Source of the DNA: a virus | DNA length: 43,041 bases | Strand: one strand, 5' to 3' | IMG/VR virus record: IMGVR_UViG_3300045988_104271 | Shown here: positions 27,270-34,002 of the stretch, in pieces | Layout of the letters: each line of letters starts with the position of its first letter | How positions within the stretch are numbered: the first letter of the stretch is position 1 | Notes under the pieces: generated by a model | Seen by the model: only the letters and a program-made list of their open reading frames with translations | The model's database searches: none | What the model was told of the DNA's origin: nothing | Program-made: the position numbers and the translations under genes

Positions 27270-27362
27270 GTTTCAATCCACACCCGCAAGCGGGTGACAT
27301 GCGTCCCAGACGCAAAAACGTAAGAATAGATATTTCAATCCACATCCGTTGCCGGATGACAT
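27270..27362 (-). CRISPR. Orphan repeat-spacer-repeat unit with type I-C-like repeats (no cas genes in the genome)
   Basis: Repeats lie at 27270-27300 and 27332-27362 (62-nt period). The minus strand reads ATGTCACCCGCTTGCGGGTGTGGATTGAAAC and ATGTCATCCGGCAACGGATGTGGATTGAAAT. The GTGGATTGAAA(C/T) tail matches known I-C repeats, and the stem is kept by a compensatory change. Confidence 0.75.
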
Positions 27363-27366
27363 TATT

Positions 27367-27395
27367 AAAGTACCACAGCATCAGGCATATGTCAA
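27367..27395 (-). promoter_or_regulatory. Near-consensus promoter driving the repeat unit
   Basis: The minus strand reads TTGACA-TATGCCTGATGCTGTGG-TACTTT (17-nt spacer, extended TG). The predicted start falls about 27359-27362, at the first repeat. Confidence 0.7.
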
Positions 27396-27453
27396 GCATT
27401 TTGTAGAACAAAAAATAAAAAATGGTTCCCGCCAAATGCCCTATAAACTCCCT

Positions 27454-27483
27454 CCCCGCGCCCTGAGCGCGGGGCTTATTTTA
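27454..27483 (+). terminator. Plus-strand intrinsic terminator (CCCCGCGC-CCTGA-GCGCGGGG then CTTATTTTAT)
   Basis: An 8-bp GC stem followed by a T-rich tail. It insulates the repeat-unit promoter region from the next cassette. Confidence 0.65.
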
Positions 27484-27499
27484 TGCGAAAATTAAGACA

Positions 27500-27511
27500 G
27501 GATAGCTATCC
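27500..27511. promoter_or_regulatory. Perfect 12-bp palindrome GGATAGCTATCC upstream of the 27539 gene (operator candidate)
   Basis: Self-complementary sequence read directly, 28 nt upstream of the start codon. Confidence 0.45.
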
Positions 27512-27538
27512 AAAATATCAAAAAAGGAGACAATAAAA

Positions 27539-27976
27539 ATGGCAGAATTTGCATCAAAGGGAGTGGCTAATACCGGGCTCGGCTTTGGCATAGCCGGAAC
27601 TGCAATTAGTTTGCTTGACGGTCTTAGCGGCCTGATGACCAATCACCGCAACAGCGACGATGCCCCCGTAAGCCGCTACGAGCTGTCGCTCGTGCAGGAA
27701 AACGCGATTCTCAAGGCACAGGCGGACGTGGACAAGAAGCTTGTCGAGGTCTACAACGCCATAAACGACAAGGCCAACGCCAATCGTGAGCGCTTCACGG
27801 CGTTTGAAAAGGAGCAGCTTGTATATAACGGCGTTAACTCCGCGACAATCGGTTGCTTGCAGCAGCAGGTCAACGCCCTGCTGGGCATGACCAAGATGGT
27901 TATACCCAACAGCTCCGTCTGTCCCGGTTGGGGCGAAGCTAAAGTGACCGTATCTACCGGCACGGCCACGGCTTGA
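27539..27976 (+). CDS. Unknown protein with N-terminal glycine-zipper/hydrophobic segment and coiled-coil (145 aa)
   Basis: AAGGAGA RBS. Contains GVANTGLGFGIAGTAISLLDGLSGLM. Confidence 0.7.
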   Translation: MAEFASKGVANTGLGFGIAGTAISLLDGLSGLMTNHRNSDDAPVSRYELSLVQENAILKAQADVDKKLVEVYNAINDKANANRERFTAFEKEQLVYNGVNSATIGCLQQQVNALLGMTKMVIPNSSVCPGWGEAKVTVSTGTATA

Positions 27977-27989
27977 AGGGCAGCGGCAA

Positions 27990-28331
27990 ATGATAAGCGT
28001 ACAGCAAGCCGAAAGAGGGCTAATGCGCTACATAGATAGCGAGATAATGCCTAAGCTTACGGGCTGGCGCAAAGTGGGCATGGGGGCGTATATCGCCCTC
28101 GCCGCCCGCAATGCCGGAGGCCTGATAACAAAGTACAAAGACCACCCCGCCGTGGCCGTGCTGAATGTCACGGACGGCGAAAACATAGACATTGACGCGG
28201 TATATAATGCCGTCCTGCCATACGCGGACGATGCAATCAAGATAGATATCCCCGCCATCGGGGAAATATCACTTAACCGCGAAGATATAGACAAGATATA
28301 CCGCTATATGAAGGGAGACGCAGAACAATGA
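27990..28331 (+). CDS. Unknown protein (113 aa)
   Basis: ORF in the same cassette, with an ATGA overlap to the next gene. Confidence 0.65.
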   Translation: MISVQQAERGLMRYIDSEIMPKLTGWRKVGMGAYIALAARNAGGLITKYKDHPAVAVLNVTDGENIDIDAVYNAVLPYADDAIKIDIPAIGEISLNREDIDKIYRYMKGDAEQ

Positions 28332-28636
28332 AGCTGATAAACGACTTAGCCGACCAGATTTGCGAAGAAATCGCGGACGCTGAAAAGTATGCTAAGTGGG
28401 CGCTTGCGGTCAAGGACGATATGCCGACCGTGGCGCAGACCCTGTACACCATATCGGGGCAGGAGCTAACCCACGCATCCATGCTGCACGACCTTGTAGT
28501 CCGCGCCATATCGGACTACAAGGCCAAGCATGGCGAGCCGCCCGCCGATATGCTGACACTGTATAACTATTTACACGGCAAGCAGATAGACAAGACGGAA
28601 CGTGTAAAAAGGTATCAGGAGATGTATAAGGCGTAA
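28328..28636 (+). CDS. Small helical protein with ferritin/rubrerythrin-like E...ExxH pattern (102 aa)
   Basis: EEIADAEKY and GQELTHASML resemble half of a di-iron four-helix motif. This is a weak call. Confidence 0.55.
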   Translation: MKLINDLADQICEEIADAEKYAKWALAVKDDMPTVAQTLYTISGQELTHASMLHDLVVRAISDYKAKHGEPPADMLTLYNYLHGKQIDKTERVKRYQEMYKA

Positions 28637-28795
28637 CCTATTTACACCAACCTCCGGCAACTTTACGGCAACTTTTTATTGCCCGCTTGCGCTAACGACT
28701 TTTTGCAAAAACGCCTAAATATCTATGTTTTTCAGCGCAATAGCGTACTTTGGTGGGCAAAAAATCTAAGTAGCTGCCGGATACCAAAGAAGAAA

Positions 28796-28824
28796 AGCAC
28801 TCATAAAAATGGGTGCTTTTTCTT
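28796..28824. terminator. Bidirectional terminator between the accessory cassette and the integrase
   Basis: AGCACTCA-TAAAAA-TGGGTGCT, followed by TTTTTCTT and preceded by an A-rich run. Confidence 0.6.
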
Positions 28825-28841
28825 AGCAAATTAGGCATTTT

Positions 28842-29984
28842 TTAATCGCCGCCGTTGCCGTGCGCTTTGGGGCTGGCAACTTTGCGGCAACTTTTTTCAA
28901 ATGCGCCCTGTAACTGTTCTGCACTGTATTTTTCCTTCTGCGCCGAAAGGTGTGAATATATTTCAAGCGTGATTTTCGCGTTGGCGTGGCCTAAATATCG
29001 CTGCGCCGAAAGCACGTCCACGCCCGCGTTATATAGCACGCTGGCGTAATTGTGCCGAAGGTAATGCGGGGTTATGACTGATATCATCCGCCCGCCCTTT
29101 TCAATCGCGTCAATCTCCGGCGCGATATCGTACAGCCGCGCCATTAAATCGTCCCATAGGCGGTATCGCGTTGCATTGCGGTGATATGACCCTGTGGACG
29201 ACGGCACTACATACGACTGCGGCAATCCGCGCACGGGGCGCAGCTTGTCAGCCAGTTCGCGCGGCATGGGGATTGTCCGCACAGACTTATCAGTTTTGGG
29301 TGCATCTATCTCACCCGTCTTGCCGGCCGCTTGCTGCTCGACGCGGATTGTCCCCGCCTTGAAGTCAACGTGCCGCCATTGCAGGCCGCAAGCCTCGCCG
29401 TAGCGCATACCTGTGTAATATAGCAGCGCAAGCATTAGCGTGCCGTCCTCGTCCATCAGGCGCAGAACCGCATCCGTCTCCGCGTCCGTCAATGCCCTGC
29501 GCGTCTCCTTGGGCTTGGACGGGATTGTAAGCCCGACAGTGATGTCACGCGGGATAAGTCCTTGACTATACGCGCGCTGAAATACCCCGCGCAGGATTGT
29601 AGATATGTTGCCTATTATGGCCGCGCACGTGTCGGCCTTGGCGTTCAGCAGCCGCTGCAAATCCTCCGTGGTGATTGCCGTCAGCCTTCGCCCCGCCAAC
29701 GCGGGGAAGATATGCTTATATAGTGCCGTGCGGTATGACATCTGCGCGGACACGCCTATACGCGGCTGCTTATACACCTCATACCAGCTTAGCGCGTATC
29801 GGTCAAAAAGTATTCCCTCCGGCACGGCATTCGCCCCCGTGACGTACTTTTCACGCGCCGCCGCCTTAGCCGCTTCAAGCTCCTTTTTAGTCCGGCCTGA
29901 CACATACTTGACTATGCTTTTCCCGTTCGCGTCCGTGCCAACTGTGATTTTTGCACGGTAGCGCCCATCTTTTTGCTTTGCCAT
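28842..29984 (-). CDS. int: Tyrosine recombinase / phage integrase
   Basis: The C-terminal catalytic region HYLRHNYASVLYNAGVDVLSAQRYLGHANAKITLEIYSH fits H-x-x-R ... H ... Y. An N-terminal SAM-like domain is present. The start is 29984 or 29990. Confidence 0.9.
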   Translation of the reverse strand: MAKQKDGRYRAKITVGTDANGKSIVKYVSGRTKKELEAAKAAAREKYVTGANAVPEGILFDRYALSWYEVYKQPRIGVSAQMSYRTALYKHIFPALAGRRLTAITTEDLQRLLNAKADTCAAIIGNISTILRGVFQRAYSQGLIPRDITVGLTIPSKPKETRRALTDAETDAVLRLMDEDGTLMLALLYYTGMRYGEACGLQWRHVDFKAGTIRVEQQAAGKTGEIDAPKTDKSVRTIPMPRELADKLRPVRGLPQSYVVPSSTGSYHRNATRYRLWDDLMARLYDIAPEIDAIEKGGRMISVITPHYLRHNYASVLYNAGVDVLSAQRYLGHANAKITLEIYSHLSAQKEKYSAEQLQGAFEKSCRKVASPKAHGNGGD

Positions 29985-30057
29985 TTTCATTGCCCCCTTT
30001 GTGATTTTATGCTATAATAGGGGCGAGAGATCCTCATTTCTCGCTCCATTTCCTTCG

Positions 30058-30088
30058 TTCCGCACGGCGGCAACCGTGCGGAATTTTT
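30058..30088 (+). terminator. Plus-strand hairpin terminator overlapping the stop of the 30087 gene
   Basis: TTCCGCACGG-CGGCAA-CCGTGCGGAA followed by TTTTT. Confidence 0.55.
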
Positions 30089-30572
30089 AAGGCCGCCTAA
30101 GCCATCCCACGGCGGGGTTAAGCACGTCGTATATACACCCCCCTATCAATAATCCAGTCACGCTTACGCTGTATATCACCGCCCGCCGGAGCCATTTACT
30201 AAGCTGCTGTATGCGCCTGTCCTTTTCGGCAAGCAGCAGCCTGACGGCGGTGGTGTACCTCTGTGTATGCTCTTCGGCCTCCTGCGGCACGGCCCCGTAA
30301 ATCTCGTCCACAAATTCATGCATTGTCGCGCCTAAGCCTTGTGTAACAAGCATTTCATACGTCGCCATGGGCGTACCTGTTTCGCCCTGCAAAGTGCGTT
30401 TGAGCGTGGATAGCGGGATTTTACTTCTTCGCGCCACGTCCTGAATCGTCACGCCGTGTTTTTCCCGCAGTCTTGCAAAAGCATCGGCATACTTTTGGTT
30501 ACATTCGGTGATTGTGTCCACATTTTCGCCCTCTTTCTTCTGTTTTCCATTTCTGATACCCAAAAGGCTCAT
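30087..30572 (-). CDS. Membrane-anchored HTH protein (XRE-like N-domain, C-terminal TM helix)
   Basis: VTIQDVARRSKIPLSTLKRTLQG is an HTH, and AVIYSVSVTGLLIGGCIYDVL is a TM helix. A GTG at 30521 with AGAGGG upstream is a plausible alternative start. Confidence 0.65.
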   Translation of the reverse strand: MSLLGIRNGKQKKEGENVDTITECNQKYADAFARLREKHGVTIQDVARRSKIPLSTLKRTLQGETGTPMATYEMLVTQGLGATMHEFVDEIYGAVPQEAEEHTQRYTTAVRLLLAEKDRRIQQLSKWLRRAVIYSVSVTGLLIGGCIYDVLNPAVGWLRRP

Positions 30573-30842
30573 TTTTTTACCAATATTTTGTCGAAAGGCT
30601 CATTTTTAGCCCTATAAATTGCTCCCGATATGCGGTACGCTTGATATGCGCATAGGGGCGCACCCACGGGGGCGGCGCATCCTACCTTGCTTCTCCGCCG
30701 CCCCCTCCACCCACCATAGATTATATGATGTATGGTGTCTGTGATATGGTATCATATCTTAACAATTTTTTCACGGAGGATAAAACAATGACACCGAAAG
30801 AAACCCTGCTCGCCATGCTCGATAGCCTTACCCCCGAAGATA

Positions 30843-31157
30843 TCACTTTGATGCTTTCGCTGCTCGGAAAGCGGCCAGAAGAAGCGCAGCCTGTTCCTCA
30901 GACATGTTCTCAATCTCTGCTTTAAGCAGAGCCTTGCTTGACGTGTAATCTTTATCTTCTTCCCACCCCATAAGATAGGCGGGGGTGGTGGACAGAGCTT
31001 GCGCAAGCTCATCGATACGGGAGAGGGGCAAATTGGTCACAATGCCCTGCTCATACTTACCTATTGTTTGCTTAGTAGTGTGGAGCTTTTCGGCAAGCTC
31101 CTGTTGGGTCATGCCTCGCGCCTTGCGCAAGTACCGTATTTTTTCGCCCAGAGTCAT
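30843..31157 (-). CDS. CI-like XRE-family repressor
   Basis: LGEKIRYLRKARGMTQQELAEKLHTTKQTIGKYEQG is an XRE-type HTH. The gene is divergent from the Cro-like gene. The ATG at 31157 has GAGGTG upstream. Confidence 0.85.
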   Translation of the reverse strand: MTLGEKIRYLRKARGMTQQELAEKLHTTKQTIGKYEQGIVTNLPLSRIDELAQALSTTPAYLMGWEEDKDYTSSKALLKAEIENMSEEQAALLLAAFRAAKASK

Positions 31158-31177
31158 TATTATCACCTCGCATATCT

Positions 31178-31206
31178 ATTTTACCACGGCACTTGTAAAT
31201 ATACAA
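31178..31206 (-). promoter_or_regulatory. Repressor (maintenance-type) promoter
   Basis: The minus strand reads TTGTAT, a 17-nt spacer with an extended TG, then TAAAAT. Confidence 0.55.
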
Positions 31207-31273
31207 TATTTTTTTTGAAAAACACTTGACAAGTTGTAAGAAAGCGCATATAATAAAATCACTTGATAAGTTA
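31190..31273. promoter_or_regulatory. Operator array: three CACTTG-box sites (31190, 31223, 31260)
   Basis: The sites are CACTTGTAAATATACAA, CACTTGACAAGTTG and CACTTGATAAGTTA. The second overlaps the -35 and the third overlaps the start site of the early promoter. Confidence 0.65.
31226..31254 (+). promoter_or_regulatory. Consensus early promoter (TTGACA-17-TATAAT)
   Basis: Perfect -35 and -10 hexamers with 17-nt spacing, read directly. Confidence 0.85.
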
Positions 31274-31305
31274 CCGCAAAGGAGGGAACTAAAATTAACA
31301 AGAAT

Positions 31306-31488
31306 TTGTACAGGGCGGCTTTGGCTAAGCGCGGAATGTCCCAACAAGATTTGGCGAAAGAACTTGGAATCGCGGAATCCACATTGATATCAAGGGTCAA
31401 AAAAGGCACATTGACCGTAGGCGATGCCAACAAAATGATTGCGCTGCTTGACATTGATAACCCGGCAGAACTTTTTTTTACCCATTAA
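31306..31488 (+). CDS. Cro-like HTH regulator (about 60 aa; start codon uncertain, TTG 31306 or upstream ATT 31294)
   Basis: RGMSQQDLAKELGIAESTLISRVKKG is an HTH. GGAGGG lies at 31281-31286. Confidence 0.75.
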   Translation: MYRAALAKRGMSQQDLAKELGIAESTLISRVKKGTLTVGDANKMIALLDIDNPAELFFTH

Positions 31489-31506
31489 GTCACTTAACAA
31501 GTGACT
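31488..31506. promoter_or_regulatory. Distal operator-like palindrome AGTCACTT-AAC-AAGTGACT
   Basis: Perfect 8-bp arms sharing the CACTT/AAGTG core of the switch operators. It overlaps the stop of the Cro-like gene. Confidence 0.55.
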
Positions 31507-31539
31507 AATAAAGAAAGGGACATAAGGAGGAAAGAGGAA

Positions 31540-31923
31540 ATGAGGAAATGTGAAAATTGCGGAGCGAACCTTGACAGCGGAGAGCGCTGCGACTGTGAGC
31601 GCGAGAGCGACAGGGAGAAGCTTGATAGGGCGTGCCGGATGATAGCGGATGCCATATCCACCATGCGCGCGGCTGACGGGCTGCTGAGGGAGTGCGGGAT
31701 TGAACTCTGCGGGGCCCTCGACTATGACTACGATATCACGGACATAACGTATGGGCAGCACATTCAGCTCCTATCGGGCAGGAAAGCCTTTGAGCGCATC
31801 ACCGGAGAGAAGTGGAAGGAAGAGCAAGAGCCGGTGGGCGAGAAGTGGAAGCGGGTAGCGACCATATACCGTGGAATAAAGACCATGGAGCTACAATGGG
31901 AGGGCGAGAGCAGTGGATTTTGA
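31540..31923 (+). CDS. Unknown protein with N-terminal CxxC...CxC zinc-ribbon (127 aa)
   Basis: AAGGAGG lies upstream of the ATG at 31540. N-terminus MRKCENCGANLDSGERCDCE. Confidence 0.7.
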   Translation: MRKCENCGANLDSGERCDCERESDREKLDRACRMIADAISTMRAADGLLRECGIELCGALDYDYDITDITYGQHIQLLSGRKAFERITGEKWKEEQEPVGEKWKRVATIYRGIKTMELQWEGESSGF

Positions 31924-32212
31924 AAAGATGCTGCGGGAGATGATACAGCAAGCCGTGGACGAGCGTATAAACGATGCCGCGGCGGTGGAAGATCGCATGG
32001 TACACGCGCACGGAGAATACGTCCCCACCACGCGGGCCGCTGAACTGCTTAATGTCAGCCCCGTTACCGTGCGGCGGATGCTGGCCGACGGGCGGCTGAC
32101 AGGCACAGGCGGAGAAAAGCCGCTGGTGATGGTGCGTAGCATGGCGCACATGGCAGAGACGGGTAAGACGCGCAAGCAGAAATATCCCGATTTTGCCATT
32201 ATAGGGAGGTAA
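31913..32212 (+). CDS. Excisionase-family/MerR-like HTH DNA-binding protein
   Basis: TTRAAELLNVSPVTVRRMLADGRL matches the excisionase-type (HTH_17-like) helix-turn-helix. Confidence 0.65.
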   Translation: MDFEKMLREMIQQAVDERINDAAAVEDRMVHAHGEYVPTTRAAELLNVSPVTVRRMLADGRLTGTGGEKPLVMVRSMAHMAETGKTRKQKYPDFAIIGR

Positions 32213-32215
32213 GCT

Positions 32216-32350
32216 ATGGCGAAGCTGACAAGAGCCGAATTTATCGCCCGCGCCGTGGCGGACAGAATGAAGGACAAACTGCGCGGGCAGAAAGAAGCGT
32301 ATTGGGTGCGGTCGGCACACATAGACGCAGAAAGGCGTAAGAAAAGATGA
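32216..32350 (+). CDS. Small basic protein (44 aa), absent from the ORF track
   Basis: GGGAGG lies 6 nt upstream of the ATG. I translated it by hand as MAKLTRAEFIARAVADRMKDKLRGQKEAYWVRSAHIDAERRKKR. Confidence 0.55.
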   Translation: MAKLTRAEFIARAVADRMKDKLRGQKEAYWVRSAHIDAERRKKR

Positions 32351-32484
32351 ACGTATGGTATATCGCATTATGGGTGTACATGCTGGCTGGCGAGGCTATA
32401 CTGCTGGCGATTGCCTTTGACATCTGCCGCAAGCAAGTTAAAAAAGCCCCGCAATCGGGGGAAAAGCGCACCCACAAGGCGTAA
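32347..32484 (+). CDS. Small single-pass membrane protein (45 aa), absent from the ORF track
   Basis: ATGA overlap with the previous ORF. Hand translation MNVWYIALWVYMLAGEAILLAIAFDICRKQVKKAPQSGEKRTHKA. Confidence 0.5.
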   Translation: MNVWYIALWVYMLAGEAILLAIAFDICRKQVKKAPQSGEKRTHKA

Positions 32485-32486
32485 AA

Positions 32487-32508
32487 GCAAGTTAGTCGCA
32501 AGTTAGTC
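32487..32508 (+). repeat. Tandem 11-nt repeat GCAAGTTAGTC x2 upstream of the 32528 gene
   Basis: Read directly. A partial third unit follows. Confidence 0.7.
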
Positions 32509-32527
32509 GCAAAGCAAGGAGGACAAA

Positions 32528-33055
32528 ATGGAAGCAAAGAAAAGGCCCACCGAGGGAGTTAACATCAGCGAGCCAGATAAAGCAGCAGCCGAAGCTGCTA
32601 CACAAAGTATATCACGCCGACTGCCTTACGGTCAAGCAGTACCGTTTGTGGCCTACGAAAAAGTCGCGGGCGGGGCTAAAGGGCTGGTAAGGCTTGGACA
32701 AGAGGTTTGCCCGAAGTTTGACAAAAGCAATTACAGCAAGGCCAAGAAGCCGGACGAGACGGGTGTGACGCTGTATAAACCCATCATCAAGGCATGGCAA
32801 GGCGCATACCCCGAAATAGCCGCCAAACAGCCCCGCAGGCATGAGGCAGCGGACAGGCCGCATAAAATCACGCTGAGGGTATCAAACGACCTATACGCGC
32901 AGTTGCAACAAGCCCAGAAGGGGCGCACGATGCAAGGCACCATCATGGATATGATTATGGATTGCGTCACAAATCCGACCAAAACCCGATTGGAGCTGTG
33001 GGCAGAAAACATTGTTCTGAAAGCCCAGATTTTAAGTTTGAGAGAGGAGATATAA
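32528..33055 (+). CDS. Unknown early protein (175 aa), possible C-terminal RHH-like segment
   Basis: AAGGAGG RBS. Contains HKITLRVSNDLYAQLQQAQKGRTMQGTIMDMI. Confidence 0.7.
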   Translation: MEAKKRPTEGVNISEPDKAAAEAATQSISRRLPYGQAVPFVAYEKVAGGAKGLVRLGQEVCPKFDKSNYSKAKKPDETGVTLYKPIIKAWQGAYPEIAAKQPRRHEAADRPHKITLRVSNDLYAQLQQAQKGRTMQGTIMDMIMDCVTNPTKTRLELWAENIVLKAQILSLREEI

Positions 33056-33057
33056 AG

Positions 33058-33978
33058 ATGCTTACCAAGGTTAAAACCGCCGATATGTCCCGTGTGGATT
33101 GGCTCAAACTGCGCCGTCATAGCATAGGCGGTTCAGACGCGGCTGCCATAGTAGGGCTTAATGATTACGCTTCACCTTTTTCGGTATGGTCGGACAAGCA
33201 GGGACTTGTCGAGGACAAGCCCGACAACGAGGCCATGCGGCAAGGGCGCGATCTCGAGGATTATGTTGCACGGCGGTTTTGCGCTGAGACTGGCAAGCGC
33301 GTTAAGAGGTGCAACTACACGCTGTATAACACGCTGTATCCGTTTGCCCATGCCAACATTGACCGCAGCATTGTGGGCGAAAACGCAGGGCTTGAGTGCA
33401 AAACAACATCCGCCCTTAACACTCGCAAGTTCAAAAACGGCGATTTCCCCGCGAACTACTATGTGCAATGTATGCACTACATGGCGGTAACAGGTTGCGA
33501 TAAATGGTATTTAGCCGTACTTGTCCTTAACAAGGCGTTCATGGTCTTCGAAATAGCGCGGGACGAAGGCGAAATAGCCGCCCTGATGGAAGCCGAAAGG
33601 GACTTCTGGGCGCACGTTGAAGCCGGAGTGCCGCCCACGCCGGACGGTAGCAAGGCCACGACCGACACCCTGACCGCGCTATATGACGCGCCGCAGCCCG
33701 ATGAAATAAGCCTGAGCGACTGTATGCAGAACTTTTATGAGCTGAACGCGATACAAGACCAGCTCAAAACGCTGGAGGGCCGTAAGGCCGAGCTGCAAAA
33801 CATCATCAAGGCGCGTATGGGCAACGCCGAGCGCGGGGTTTGCGGAGATTTTACCGTGTCGTGGCGACCGCAGCAGCGCACCAGCTACGATATGCGGCGT
33901 TTAACCGCTGATTATCCCAATATTGACTGGGCAGCATATGCCCGTGTCACACAGTCACGAGTTTTCAAAGTCAACTAA
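33058..33978 (+). CDS. YqaJ-type viral recombinase exonuclease (PD-(D/E)xK)
   Basis: WLKLRRHSIGGSDAAAIVGLNDYASPFSVW plus a GLECKT motif, immediately upstream of recT. The ATG at 33058 has a GGAG upstream. Confidence 0.85.
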   Translation: MLTKVKTADMSRVDWLKLRRHSIGGSDAAAIVGLNDYASPFSVWSDKQGLVEDKPDNEAMRQGRDLEDYVARRFCAETGKRVKRCNYTLYNTLYPFAHANIDRSIVGENAGLECKTTSALNTRKFKNGDFPANYYVQCMHYMAVTGCDKWYLAVLVLNKAFMVFEIARDEGEIAALMEAERDFWAHVEAGVPPTPDGSKATTDTLTALYDAPQPDEISLSDCMQNFYELNAIQDQLKTLEGRKAELQNIIKARMGNAERGVCGDFTVSWRPQQRTSYDMRRLTADYPNIDWAAYARVTQSRVFKVN

Positions 33979-34002
33979 CAAGGCAAAGGAGATACAAACA
34001 AG

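Noticed and set aside
27229-27435. 68-aa minus-strand ORF covering the CRISPR-like repeats
   Set aside because: It has no RBS and an odd, low-complexity translation. It is fully explained by the repeat-spacer-repeat RNA unit with its own promoter and terminator.
30058-30088. Hairpin near int as a tRNA fragment marking attP
   Set aside because: It has no T-arm or acceptor-like sequence (no GGTTCGAATCC-type motif). It behaves as a simple stem plus T5 terminator.
31799-32368. 189-aa and 143-aa minus-strand ORFs in the early region
   Set aside because: They are antisense to tightly packed plus-strand early genes that have RBSs and ATGA couplings.
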